Virus record (IMG/VR): IMGVR_UViG_3300032516_000007
Coordinates: 51,042-115,041 of that record
DNA: 64,000 nt
DNA from: a virus
Strand: one strand, 5' to 3'
In this document: piece after piece, positions 45,489-56,500 of the stretch
Layout: each line of letters begins with the position of its first letter
How positions within the stretch are numbered: position 1 is the stretch's first letter
Notes under the pieces: generated by a model
The model's database searches: none
The model's input: the letters and a program-made list of their open reading frames with translations, nothing else
What the model was told of the DNA's origin: nothing
Program-made: the position numbers and the translations under genes

Positions 45489-47819
45489 TTGGCTGATATT
45501 CAGACCACTTTTGCTGATCCATTTGGTAGTGAGATTATTGATGGGATTCCCCGTCAACAAACCAGATGCAAGATCATTGTGTTTTCCCACATTGATGACA
45601 ATGAGTTTCAGGGGAGGATCAACCTTAGTAAAGATGTAACCCAGTGTGACACCAGCAAGACCATCAAGGGTGGGGGGCACGCTTCCTTTACCATGGTGCC
45701 TCGTCTCAACTACATGAACTACATCTTCCCCAATGACTATGTGTATATCTATTTTGATCCAGGGGATGGGAGAGGGTTCATCAAGAACTTCTTTGGTTTC
45801 GTAGATCGAATCAGTAGAACCATCAGAGTTGATCCTGGCACTGGTAGCACAACAACTCAGTTTCAGGTTTCCTGTTCTGACTTCACGAAAGCATTTGACA
45901 AGACCAACCTGTATTTCAACCCTTTCATTGGTAACAGGGAAGACATCATTGGCGAGTTCGCCGGGACAGCAAATCTAGGAGGATTTGCGCTCAGGACAAG
46001 AGGGCTTGCGATGTATGGCTCTCCTGCCGATCTAGTGATGTCGCTTCTAGAACTGACATGTGGGTTTGGTGGGCAGTTCCTGCTCCCTCGAAGTCTACAA
46101 AAGGTGCTTCAGGGTGGTTTTATTAAGACAGCCAGGAGAGAGAGAGTGAAGTGGGCGCGGAACAGGCTCTCTGAGTCCGTGCGGAATGCTCTGGTTCCTG
46201 GATGGGAATTAGGGAAAACATCTGAAGACTTTCAGAAGAAGATCGAAGCCGAAGCCGCAAAGATGGTTGAAGATTCCTATCCGGATTCCTTTCCGGGTCC
46301 CTATAGTCCTACTAAGGTTGATAAACGGAAGCTTCAAGATGAGTTCGTGCAGCAACTTCTTGAGCAAAGGGGGGCTCCAAAAGGTACCTTCTCCACACAG
46401 AAGTGGAGATCATTAACCACAATAGAAGCAGGTGCTAACCCACAAAATCCTCCACATCTCCTGGACATGATCGATTTTAGATTCGTGGAGTGGGAAGGTA
46501 TTGATGGGCACTGCACATCTATCTCAATCACCTGGGAAGAGGGGTCGTTGTGGTCACTTGCAAATGGGCACTCCAACGAATTCCTTAACGAGCTATTTTG
46601 TGATCTACGACCTGTAGGGTCCGGTACCGATTACTCCAGAGAACCGGATGAGATTGATGGGAATGATGGTGCAGTGAGTTACGCCCCATGTCTGGTGATG
46701 AGGGAGTACCCCTTCAGCACCATTGAGGGCATTGCCCCGCCCGAATCTGTCAAGGTTCTGAATAAATCTTTGGGTCTGATCTACTTCGGAGCGATCTTCT
46801 CCAAGGAGCCCAACAAACCAGGTCGGAAGGTAGTCCAGATTCCGGCCATGAATCTTGGTCTTTTGGTGGAGGGCAAAGGGAAGGCTCTTGCGACGAAGTA
46901 TCTAGATGTCTCAGTGATCTCTATCACTGACATCATTCAGGAGAACATCGGTAGGAGTGATGCAACCCATTTCAATCTGCTGGAGATTTACAGTGATGTG
47001 ACCAGCGGGACTATCTACCACTCTCGGTATTTGACTCAAGAGATCCAACCTATCACTACTGCCGTTGGCGTGGCCCGCCATGGGCTTCGAGTCAGAAAGC
47101 ATTCGTCCAAGTATGGACGATTTGGGATGTTCGCTACTCGAGGAGGTGTGGATCAAGGTGTCAATAGGAGGGTGCTGGCTCGGTGGGCGTTGATGGTTGA
47201 TCATTGGTATCAGCATGAGATTGAATACCTCACTGGGACCATCACCACAAGGGCATTTCCAGAGATCAGAGTTGGTACCAGGTTGGATATTCTCGAGCGA
47301 CGTGAATCCTACTATGTGGAGGGAGTGAACCAGAGCTGGTCGTATCCACAGTCCATCACCACAACACTGACCCTCAGTCGTGGACAGAGGAACGATCCTT
47401 TCCCTGTGTACGTCTACCCCCAGAGGAAGGGCTTCGAGGGGGTTCGAAATGACAAGGGGAGATTGGCAGACTACTTTGTCCAGATGGATTCCTCAGCTAC
47501 ATCCAGAGCATCCATTCTTCTTTGGGGGGAGACTGTAAAGATCAAACAGGATGCTAACTACGTAGATGATCCTAAGTGTCATAAGAAGACATGGGCAAAG
47601 AATACAGAAGGATATCTTGCAGCAGATTCATTTGCCCCAACAGAGTTCAAAAATAGCTTTTCCTATAAGTTAGATGAACTTGTTGATAAAGTTCTTAAGG
47701 AAGATAAGAGCCTTGCTTTGGATCCCTCCATTCATGGTCTAAAAGGTGGTGGAGGTGGTGGCGCTGGGATACCAGGTGGTGGCGCCGGGATACCAGGTGG
47801 TTTTGGAAAGAAGGACTAA
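45489..47819 (+). CDS. baseplate hub protein
   Basis: FFGFVDRISR, LNELFCD, GTITT...PEIRVGTRL...YYVEGVNQSW...TTLTLSRG. Confidence 0.7.
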   Translation: MADIQTTFADPFGSEIIDGIPRQQTRCKIIVFSHIDDNEFQGRINLSKDVTQCDTSKTIKGGGHASFTMVPRLNYMNYIFPNDYVYIYFDPGDGRGFIKNFFGFVDRISRTIRVDPGTGSTTTQFQVSCSDFTKAFDKTNLYFNPFIGNREDIIGEFAGTANLGGFALRTRGLAMYGSPADLVMSLLELTCGFGGQFLLPRSLQKVLQGGFIKTARRERVKWARNRLSESVRNALVPGWELGKTSEDFQKKIEAEAAKMVEDSYPDSFPGPYSPTKVDKRKLQDEFVQQLLEQRGAPKGTFSTQKWRSLTTIEAGANPQNPPHLLDMIDFRFVEWEGIDGHCTSISITWEEGSLWSLANGHSNEFLNELFCDLRPVGSGTDYSREPDEIDGNDGAVSYAPCLVMREYPFSTIEGIAPPESVKVLNKSLGLIYFGAIFSKEPNKPGRKVVQIPAMNLGLLVEGKGKALATKYLDVSVISITDIIQENIGRSDATHFNLLEIYSDVTSGTIYHSRYLTQEIQPITTAVGVARHGLRVRKHSSKYGRFGMFATRGGVDQGVNRRVLARWALMVDHWYQHEIEYLTGTITTRAFPEIRVGTRLDILERRESYYVEGVNQSWSYPQSITTTLTLSRGQRNDPFPVYVYPQRKGFEGVRNDKGRLADYFVQMDSSATSRASILLWGETVKIKQDANYVDDPKCHKKTWAKNTEGYLAADSFAPTEFKNSFSYKLDELVDKVLKEDKSLALDPSIHGLKGGGGGGAGIPGGGAGIPGGFGKKD

Positions 47820-47821
47820 TC

Positions 47822-49384
47822 ATGATTCTTCCAGATGATACTGTTTATCCTTCTTCTCAACTATCACATCCTGCCCATAGTTCTATTGGTATGGGTGTGT
47901 TTCCAAAGATTGGGATTATCCTCACGGTTCAACCATCAGACGCACAGGGAAACCAGACAGCAGATACTCATCCTCAATTGAGGGGTTCCCACCAGGAATG
48001 TACTGTCCTCGTCTGTAGTGATTACGGGACTCCTGATACCCCTATTTACAATGTGATCATCCCCCCTCAGCGGCACAGTGGGATGGACAACTTCGAGGAG
48101 GACTTGCCGAGGGGAAGCAGCCAGTTTCTGGACGGCTCTGCCTATAATATGGACTTCAGTGGTGTGGATACCACCAAGCTGGATGGGGAGTGGTGTGTGG
48201 TGAGCTTCATTGGGGGAAACCAACAGCAACCCTTTCTGTCTCACTACTGGCCCCACCCCCTCAACAACATTGATCCCGCAACTAGTGGTAATACCCCCGC
48301 CGAGGGAGGGGCACTTGCTCGTATTGTAGAATCTCCTCCCAAACCGAATCTGGTTCAGTATGATCTCAAGAAGAATCGCTCTCGGCAGATTCATCGGAAG
48401 AATGGTGTCCTCACTATGATCAATAGGGAGGGTAGTGTCTACCTGGACACCACAGAGGCAGGTAGGACCGTCAAATTGGAGGGGATAGGTCCAACTCAAT
48501 GGGTTGCCGTTAACCCCATTAGTGTGACCAAAAGGATTGCTTCTCACGTAGCAAAGGGTGGTCACATCCAAGTAGATGTGAAACCCACTGCCCAGCTAGA
48601 GATCAATTTCAACCTGAGGAAGGGTCCAGAATTTGATCCTAGTGAACTTTTTCTAGGTGTAGAGAAAGGTCCCCGTATTGGAGCTGGCAGCAACTCTAAG
48701 AATCCAGTTCATGATCCTGATCTTCCTCATGACGATCAGCCATTCACTGAAACCAAACCAAGACCTAGAGATACTACTCGATCATTTAGCCGTAGGAAGG
48801 AATTTGAAGTTCTAGAGAAGACCTCTAGCTATAATCTACGTGCTGAGAACACAACCCTTCTCGTCCCCAGTGGAGGTAAGAAGGGGGAAATTATCCTCAT
48901 GGCTGATGATGTTATCAATCTCACAGTTGCTGGAACTAAAGCTACGTCAGTCTCTATGTCTGGTGGTAAGATCATAATCTCCAACAACGATGGTTCTCAG
49001 ATCAATGTTACCAAAGACAAAGTTCAGATGTTTACTGCTAGTGGTGGGTTTATTACTATCACTGGCAACGATGTGATTGTGGGGGCTACTGCCGTTGCCA
49101 TCAGTGGGTCTGTATCTGTGGCCCCAGGTCCCTTAGCACAACCAGTTATCAAAGCTACAAACTATTTAGGAGCTGAGGAGACTTGGCTGAAATTGTTTCA
49201 ATATTTCCTAGCAGCAGAAATAGACGCATGGAAGGCTGTGGCTGCTCTTCTTCCTGGTCCTCCAGTAGTAGATGCAGTAGCAAGTGGTGAGACTGCACTT
49301 GATGCTCTTAAGATTTTCGTGGCGGGACTAAAGTCAGAGCCCATTCCTAGTCCATTCGCAACGAAAAGCTTCACGACGAGCTAG
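47822..49384 (+). CDS. baseplate central spike (OB-fold N-terminus, beta-strand C-terminus)
   Basis: LDGEWCVVSFIGGNQQQPF; short beta repeats; follows the hub gene. Confidence 0.6.
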   Translation: MILPDDTVYPSSQLSHPAHSSIGMGVFPKIGIILTVQPSDAQGNQTADTHPQLRGSHQECTVLVCSDYGTPDTPIYNVIIPPQRHSGMDNFEEDLPRGSSQFLDGSAYNMDFSGVDTTKLDGEWCVVSFIGGNQQQPFLSHYWPHPLNNIDPATSGNTPAEGGALARIVESPPKPNLVQYDLKKNRSRQIHRKNGVLTMINREGSVYLDTTEAGRTVKLEGIGPTQWVAVNPISVTKRIASHVAKGGHIQVDVKPTAQLEINFNLRKGPEFDPSELFLGVEKGPRIGAGSNSKNPVHDPDLPHDDQPFTETKPRPRDTTRSFSRRKEFEVLEKTSSYNLRAENTTLLVPSGGKKGEIILMADDVINLTVAGTKATSVSMSGGKIIISNNDGSQINVTKDKVQMFTASGGFITITGNDVIVGATAVAISGSVSVAPGPLAQPVIKATNYLGAEETWLKLFQYFLAAEIDAWKAVAALLPGPPVVDAVASGETALDALKIFVAGLKSEPIPSPFATKSFTTS

Positions 49385-49387
49385 ACC

Positions 49388-49813
49388 ATGGCCACGCTTC
49401 CTTCACTGCCGTCCTGTGTGCCTCCGCTTCCGATCCCTAAGTTTGCGATCGTTATCCCAGTGATTCCTCCTCTGCCATCTATACCTTCGTTGCCTACAAT
49501 TCCGATCCCATATATTCCAACGTTGAATTTGGAGATGCCAGCTCTCAATCTACCACCCATTCCGATCCCCAAGTTTGCGATCGTTATCCCAGTGATTCCT
49601 CCTCTGCCATCTATACCTTCGTTGCCTACAATTCCGATCCCATATATTCCAACGTTGAATTTGGAGATGCCAGCTCTCAATCTACCACCCATTCCGATCC
49701 CCAAGTTTGCGATCGTTATCCCAGTGATTCCACCCATCCCCTCTATTCCATCCTTGCCCACGATTTCAATTCCAGACATTACCTGTCCTGACCAAGTGAA
49801 GGAGAGGTTCTGA
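49388..49813 (+). CDS. Pro/Ile-rich repeat protein
   Basis: 141 aa built from a 44-aa unit; terminal Cys residues. Confidence 0.6.
   Translation: MATLPSLPSCVPPLPIPKFAIVIPVIPPLPSIPSLPTIPIPYIPTLNLEMPALNLPPIPIPKFAIVIPVIPPLPSIPSLPTIPIPYIPTLNLEMPALNLPPIPIPKFAIVIPVIPPIPSIPSLPTISIPDITCPDQVKERF
49439..49730. repeat. 132-bp tandem direct repeat (~2.2 copies)
   Basis: AAGTTTGCGATCGTTATCCCAGTG starts at 49439, 49571 and 49703. Confidence 0.9.
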
Positions 49814-51699
49814 TGCCTCCTCGTGATCTCATTGCAAGGTCCACAACTTCATTCCCAGACCGTAGGTTCTGGTCGGGGCAGGTGGAGTACACCACCAGAA
49901 TATCGGCCATGTACTCCATCGGGATCATTGATGTCAAAACGTTTGAGTTTTGGATATGCAAGATTAACCCATCCGTGAAGGGCTTATCTCGAGCTGTTTA
50001 TCAGTTCACTACTCCACCTCAGAGCATTGAGACTGTAGAGCAGGCAGCAACGACGATTGTCCCGACACAGGGGGGTGGGAAGTTTGTCGAGAGCCAGGGA
50101 AATCTGTTCAAGGACGTTAGAATCTCAGGCACAGTAGGATTTCGGCCAAACATTCCGTCAAAGGAGTTGTTCCCTGGTTTGGCTAAAGCTGGGGGTCCAT
50201 CGATTGGTACACCTACGTCATTTCTTCCAGACTTCTTGACCAAGGATAATAGGGGTCTTGATCCAAAAGAGGTTACCGGGTTTGATGAGATGATGTTCTT
50301 GAGGAACATTTTTAGGGCTTATTTTGATATCAAAAGTAGTGATGTTGATGCCAATCGTGTAGCACTAGTTTGGCTATATGATAAGGAGAGTGAAGCCTAT
50401 GTAGTGGAGCCAATCTCCTTTACTACTAACAGGGACAAAGGAAACCCATTAGGTTGGACCTACAATATCCAGCTTCGAACTCTATATAAGTTGGATGTTG
50501 TCCGTCCCTATGAAACAGATTCAGTGAACCTTTTCTCAGCTATTGGTAATGCTCTTAATATGCTTGGATCGATTGTCAATGGTATCGTTAGGGCTCTCAA
50601 GACAATTGCTAATTTCATGGATTATCTAAAGAACTTTCCAGCGAATCTTATTCAATCAGTTTTCTCTGGATGGACTGATATCCTTGGTGGGATTGCAGCA
50701 ATCCGTACTGCTGGAGGTGGATTTGATGATTATGTTACAGAGTCTATAGTTCGCACTATGAAATCTCAGACAACGCAACTCCTTTCTGCTCTCGATGACA
50801 AATACAATCAGCAGCAGCAACCGGCATTTGGCCATAGTGTTCCCTACATGATGGAAGGGGAACTCGGATTGGTTCGGCATAGCCTGAGGCAACTTGATCG
50901 GTTTGCCACAGCGATTCTGACCAACGATGGGCTCTGGAAAGAGAACAAGAACATCCAGGTCTCGGATTACAGTCGATCCTATTTGACGGAGACCGGAGAG
51001 GCTTCACCCACAGCGGGATCGCCTCTGAATCCAACCAACATCAACATGCCAGATACGGCTGTTGAGCAAGAAGTGACAGGTGGGGACACTATTCGCACTT
51101 TGGCTCTGAAGTACCTGGGGGATGAGGCACAGTGGAAGAAGCTGGCACTCATGAACAACCTGAAGCCTCCGTACATTTCGGCTGTGGGGGGTGATGGGGT
51201 TCTAAAACCAGGAGGTACCATTCTCATCCCTCGGACCACTGCTTCAACAGTGGCACTGTCTGTTTCTAGAACCGTGAATCCGGATGCTTCCTCTGAAGCG
51301 TTGCGCCCAATGATGAAGAGATATGGACGTGACTTGAGATTGCTAGAAGCTGGGGGTGAGTTGAGGGACTTCACAACAACATCAGGTGGGGACATCGATG
51401 TTGTTGAGGGTATCGACAACGTGATTCAGGCAATCAAGATCAAGTTCTCTACGGAGGTGGGCGAGCTTCCAACCCATCCTAGTTTTGGTGCCAAGTATTC
51501 AGTGGGAACGAAACTTGGGATGGCAACAGTCCAAGAGTTTGCTCTCAACACCAGACGAACATTCTTTCAAGACCCACGAATTGAAGAGATCAACTCTATG
51601 GAGATCTTTGCAGTTGGAGATCAGCTTTTCAACAAGACTCGCCTCAAGTTGATTGGAGCTGATGCAGAGATTCCCTTCACGTTCTCAGTGAGGAGATAG
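49813..51699 (+). CDS. baseplate protein: tube-initiator-like + LysM + gp25-like
   Basis: VRISGTVGF; GDTIRTLALKYLGD...WKKLALMNNL..PY (LysM); GIDNVIQAI...GELPTHPSFG...DPRI (gp25-like). Confidence 0.75.
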   Translation: MPPRDLIARSTTSFPDRRFWSGQVEYTTRISAMYSIGIIDVKTFEFWICKINPSVKGLSRAVYQFTTPPQSIETVEQAATTIVPTQGGGKFVESQGNLFKDVRISGTVGFRPNIPSKELFPGLAKAGGPSIGTPTSFLPDFLTKDNRGLDPKEVTGFDEMMFLRNIFRAYFDIKSSDVDANRVALVWLYDKESEAYVVEPISFTTNRDKGNPLGWTYNIQLRTLYKLDVVRPYETDSVNLFSAIGNALNMLGSIVNGIVRALKTIANFMDYLKNFPANLIQSVFSGWTDILGGIAAIRTAGGGFDDYVTESIVRTMKSQTTQLLSALDDKYNQQQQPAFGHSVPYMMEGELGLVRHSLRQLDRFATAILTNDGLWKENKNIQVSDYSRSYLTETGEASPTAGSPLNPTNINMPDTAVEQEVTGGDTIRTLALKYLGDEAQWKKLALMNNLKPPYISAVGGDGVLKPGGTILIPRTTASTVALSVSRTVNPDASSEALRPMMKRYGRDLRLLEAGGELRDFTTTSGGDIDVVEGIDNVIQAIKIKFSTEVGELPTHPSFGAKYSVGTKLGMATVQEFALNTRRTFFQDPRIEEINSMEIFAVGDQLFNKTRLKLIGADAEIPFTFSVRR

Positions 51700-51701
51700 T
51701 C

Positions 51702-53522
51702 ATGGCCTTTGTACCTCGCTCATATGAGCAGATTCTCAATGACATGATTGCTCATGTGAAAGCTACGACTACCCTCACTGACTTCACGGTAGGCTCCAAC
51801 ATCAGAACGATCTTGGAAGCCGCAGCCCTGGAGGATGACGAGCAGTATTATCAGTTGGTGCAGTTGCTTGATGCCTTCAGGATTGCCACGGGGACTGGAG
51901 CTGATCTGGATGAGAGAGCGGCTGACCTGAACCTGGAAAGGTTGGGCACCAAAGAGGCATATGGATCAGCCTCCTTTCGGGATGGTGGTCTCACTACGAC
52001 CGAGGCAGCCTTCAATGTCCCACTTGGGGCAACGATCCTGAAGGTCTTGGATAGTAGTGATTTTTCGATCACATATCCTTACAACATCCGAGTGGGAGAG
52101 GACACTCCCCAGGTTGAGGATGTCATAGTCTCCAACAACAATACGGCTTTTAACACCCTCACGATCACTCCCCTGATCAATAACCACTTTGTTGGGGAAC
52201 GAGTGTCCCACATCACGGGATCAGACAAGACGATTCCATCCAACATCCAAATCCAAACCAAGGCAACCACCACCACTTCTCCGATCAAGTTCATGACGGT
52301 GGAGCCTGCCTACCTCCCCGCAGGGGACTACGAATCTCATCCCGTGGACATCACGGCTGTTGGAGCAGGGAGTGATGGGAACATCGCTGCTGGTCGGATT
52401 ATCCAATTCACTTCATCTCCCCCCTTTACGGGATGCGAGGTTTCCAATCCAACAGCAACCACAGGGGGACGTGACATAGAGACCGACACAGAATTTCGAA
52501 GTCGTCTACTGAGGAGGTACGATGAACTGTCCCGAGGGGTTCCGTCGGCGATTGAGCAGATGGTGGTTGGGGTGGAGGACACCAAGACTGGAAAGAGAAT
52601 TGTCACAGCAAAGCTGAAGGAGAACTTCATTACTGGAGATCATGTTCTCTATGTGGATGATGGAACCGGGTTTATCCCCACTGCAACGATCTTTGCACAG
52701 ACGACGTTTGCTTCTTTGACGTTGCCAGGTGTTTCGGCCATCCCAGCAGTTGATGTCACATCGTTTCCATCCAGTGGTTACATTCTTCTCAGTGCTGGAA
52801 TTCCATCTGTTGCAGAGCTGGTTTACTACTCATCCAAGACGGACGCAACCAACACGTTGAATCTGGATGTAGCCACATCTTTTGGCCATAGCAGCACCGA
52901 TGAGGTGGTTCTGGTTGACATTCTGGGGGCGGCTGAAGAGGGTCAGAACTACTTCCGGTTGCACAACTATCCGGTCAAACTGAGTAGCTTCGAAATCTAT
53001 GATGATCGAAGTGGCGAGTTTGTGTTGAAGACGAATGGTACAGACTTCTTTCTCAACCTCACCAATGGTGAGATTCAGTTTGTCGGATCAGGATTGCCTG
53101 CTGGGACAATCGTGCTGGCTTCCTACACTTTCTACACAGGATTGATCCAGAGAGCACAAAGGGTTCTCAATGGAGATCCAAATAATCGAACCAACTACCC
53201 AGGTGTGGTGGCTGGTGGAATCATCATCCGTGTGGATACTCCGACGTTGCGTGAGATTCCAGTGATGATTTCGATCTCGGTGGAGGTGGGGTTCGACGAG
53301 TTGGATGTGTCACCTCAGGTTGAACAAGCAATCATAAGTTACATTGATGGGAGGGGCATTGGGGAAAACATCATCCTCGCAGCTATCATTGAAAGGGTGA
53401 TGGGGATCATTGGAGTTTCCAACGCGATAATTCAGGAGCCCCTGTCTGATGTGGTGATTCTAGAAGATGAGCTTCCTGTTTCCTACGATTCCAATGGGAA
53501 CAGCCTGGTCACGGTGCTCTGA
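51702..53522 (+). CDS. baseplate J-like wedge protein
   Basis: LTDFTVGSNIRTILEA, GADLDERA, AGSDGNI, TGGRDIETDTEFRSR. Confidence 0.85.
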   Translation: MAFVPRSYEQILNDMIAHVKATTTLTDFTVGSNIRTILEAAALEDDEQYYQLVQLLDAFRIATGTGADLDERAADLNLERLGTKEAYGSASFRDGGLTTTEAAFNVPLGATILKVLDSSDFSITYPYNIRVGEDTPQVEDVIVSNNNTAFNTLTITPLINNHFVGERVSHITGSDKTIPSNIQIQTKATTTTSPIKFMTVEPAYLPAGDYESHPVDITAVGAGSDGNIAAGRIIQFTSSPPFTGCEVSNPTATTGGRDIETDTEFRSRLLRRYDELSRGVPSAIEQMVVGVEDTKTGKRIVTAKLKENFITGDHVLYVDDGTGFIPTATIFAQTTFASLTLPGVSAIPAVDVTSFPSSGYILLSAGIPSVAELVYYSSKTDATNTLNLDVATSFGHSSTDEVVLVDILGAAEEGQNYFRLHNYPVKLSSFEIYDDRSGEFVLKTNGTDFFLNLTNGEIQFVGSGLPAGTIVLASYTFYTGLIQRAQRVLNGDPNNRTNYPGVVAGGIIIRVDTPTLREIPVMISISVEVGFDELDVSPQVEQAIISYIDGRGIGENIILAAIIERVMGIIGVSNAIIQEPLSDVVILEDELPVSYDSNGNSLVTVL

Positions 53523-56500
53523 TGGCTGACATCAAATCTTCCATTCGAGAGGTTAGAGATCAGTTCTTTCTTGATCGAGCTGTCAGTAAATACCTCTCGA
53601 ATGTGACTTCCAACTTGAGCTTCGAACGTCCTGTACTTTGGTTCAGTGATGACAGTTTGTGGCGAGCTGTCATTCGTCGCATCAGTCTTGACTACCGACA
53701 GATTGCCAACCTATTCTATGATCTTCTAACAGAGATCTTTGGTCCACAGAAGACAGTGGCTACTGTTCTGATCTCTGATGCAGTGATTCTGGATGAGGTA
53801 GTTTCCATTGCTCCTTACCAGCAACAGCATCGTCACGCGATCCCTGTCACTTTCAAAACCCTTCCTCAACGGGGAATCCTGATCATCGATGAGGGGTTGG
53901 CCACAGAAGAAACGGTGCAGTACAGTTTTCGAGATCCACGGACAGGTGTGATCAATCTACTGGCTGAGCTAACCCAGGCACACACAGCGGTTGGAACAAA
54001 TGCTTCTGGGTACGTCCTCTCTGATGTTCCTTCTGCTCTCGGGACAACCACCATTCCGCTTACCCACACGAATGATTTCCCAACTTCAGGATTTCCATAT
54101 CCAATTCTCATCGCTCCAGGAACCTCTCAGGAAGAGGTGACCCTCCTGACGGGTAATGACCCTGTGACCAGCGTTCTGACTGTGGCCAGCTTGGCCAACG
54201 ATCAGTACGGGATGCGAGAAACCCCCACTACATCGAAGCTGGTGTCAATCACGGGAAGCGACGCACATGTGATCAAAATCCAGGACAGCAACCAGTTCCC
54301 AGAGGAGGGCTGGATCAAGGTTCAACAGGATGTGACTGGGGGACTGCCTTCGGAGGTAGTCGAGGTTATTGACAACGATGTCGCAACTGGGACTCTCACT
54401 CTCAGAACAAAGCTGGTCGGCTCGTACACGTTGGGCTCCGTCACAGTCTCGGTTCTAGAACCAAGAACCTCTGTGCAACTTGCCCAGGTGCAGGTGAAGG
54501 GCATTGGGTGGGATGTCTTTCAGACAGAACAGAATGTGCTGAAGCTGTACATTCCCCTTAACCTCTCCCGGAACAGACTTCAGGACGTTTCGTTCCTTCA
54601 TGATCTAGCTTTGCTGCCTCCTCCCACGACGACCCTTGCCTCGTCAGTTTCAATTGGAGATGTAACTCTTGAGGCTGCGGTGGGATCAACCGAGAGGTTT
54701 CCTAAGTCTGGGATCATGATCATCAATTCTGGGGGTGGGAGTGAGGAGAAGGTTAGCTACACAAGGGTAGATGCTCAGTCGTCCACGAAGCTCTATGCGA
54801 CTGACATTGGGGGAACAATCCCAGTCGGGACCACGGAACTATTTGTTGAGGATATCACACCCATTGAGGCATTCGATAAGATCAACAAAGACAAGAAACT
54901 TGTCCTGTCACGAGACCAGGGGAGCCCCAACGAAGAGGTGGTCTACTACGAATCGTTGGACGGTGAGAATAACAAGATCACCCTCACGATTGCGACTCTT
55001 CAGACACATCTTCCAGGGAGTCTAGTTACTCCCATCAGTGGAGATATTTTCTACCTCACCACACCGGCAGTGAATGCCCACAGTATTGGTGAGTCTCTGT
55101 CTCTTCAGCAGATGATTTATGCTGGAACAGGAACTCAGGCTACAGGTAAGATCACTGTCCCCGCTGGGGTAGATATGTCGGACGGTGATTTCTTCACCTT
55201 GCCCAATGGGATCAATAAACCATTTACGTTTGAGTTTGATAACGATGCGACTCTGGGCTACGTTGGGAGAATTCCTGTCACCTTCGTTGGAACAGAAACA
55301 GCCAACCAAATTCGAGATTTGATCATTGCTGCTGTCAACGGAACTTTGATCGACATCACTGCCTCGATTGGGGGTCCAGCTTGGGTAGCCCTTACTCATG
55401 ACTACAAAGGGAAGATCGGGAATCGTCCCATAAAGTGGTCAGTCAACTCCCCAAACTTTACTGCCCTAGGAATGTCAGACGGAACCGATCCTTTGTGGGA
55501 TGGGAAGATCTTTACTCCTGTTGATCATTTGTTCCAGGGTCACTTCCTGTACAGTCCGGGTTCTCAGGCTCCCAATACTGTAAGGACAACTCTCGAATCG
55601 AATGTTGCGGGTCCCCAGCTACTGGAGGTGACCCAGCATGTGACCAGGACCACGCTGGAGGTCGCCACCGCAAACTTCTTTGACGCAACTGGGGAATTCA
55701 GTGTGACAGTTCGAGGGGGCGGTAACTCAGAGACTCTCGATGTTCAAGGGATCACTCTCCGAGGTGCTGGGCCAGTCACAGTGACCAGCAACACTCCTTC
55801 AGGTTCCTATGTGATTCCTCTGACTGGAGCAGGATTGCTTCCAGCTCCTCCTGCGGGTGCTCCCTATGGTTACAGGATCATCATCCATCGAAATGGAGTT
55901 CGCCAAGAGGTTGTGGTGGTGGTCTCCATTGCTGGGGGATCTTGCACCTTGGAGTCTCCTACCACAGTCAATCATCTAACAGGTGATAGTGTCGAGTTGA
56001 TGGCTGATGTGATCAAGTTGAGTCAGCCGCTAACCTACGATCATGATGGTCGTATTCCCTGGAGTAGCCGCCTGAATGTAACTCCCGGTCCTTTGACAAG
56101 CGTGAAGCGGGTCAGCCTTGTTTATGAGGAACGGAAATGGATTGAGGTTGCCTCCCTCACGGGATTCCCACCATTGGGATCAAAGATCATTCTCAATTTT
56201 GGGAATGATAAACTTCCAATAGAGTCTGGATTTCAAACTGATCTTTCTGCTGGAAGTGGGATTTTGATCTTGGATGACACTTCCAAGTTTCCAACTTCAG
56301 GATACCCATACCTGGTGGAGATCGATTCTGATGCCGGATCAATTGCAAGTTTCTGGAAAAAAAGAAACGTGAGAGAGACCATTGATGTTACTCTGAATGA
56401 TCCCTTGACGAATACGATGACCTTGGCGACTCCCTTGAAAGAATCTCATCTGACAGGAAGTTTAGTGAGGTACAAGCCCGGTCCCATGGTAGTTTTCCCC

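Noticed and set aside
47754-47801. 21-bp repeat encoding GGGAGIP at the end of the hub gene
   Set aside because: Simple low-complexity tail duplication with no evidence of function.
49381-49779. CRISPR array or minus-strand Gly/Ile repeat protein
   Set aside because: Repeats are contiguous 132-bp in-frame units without spacers; the minus ORF is the mirror of the Pro-rich gene.
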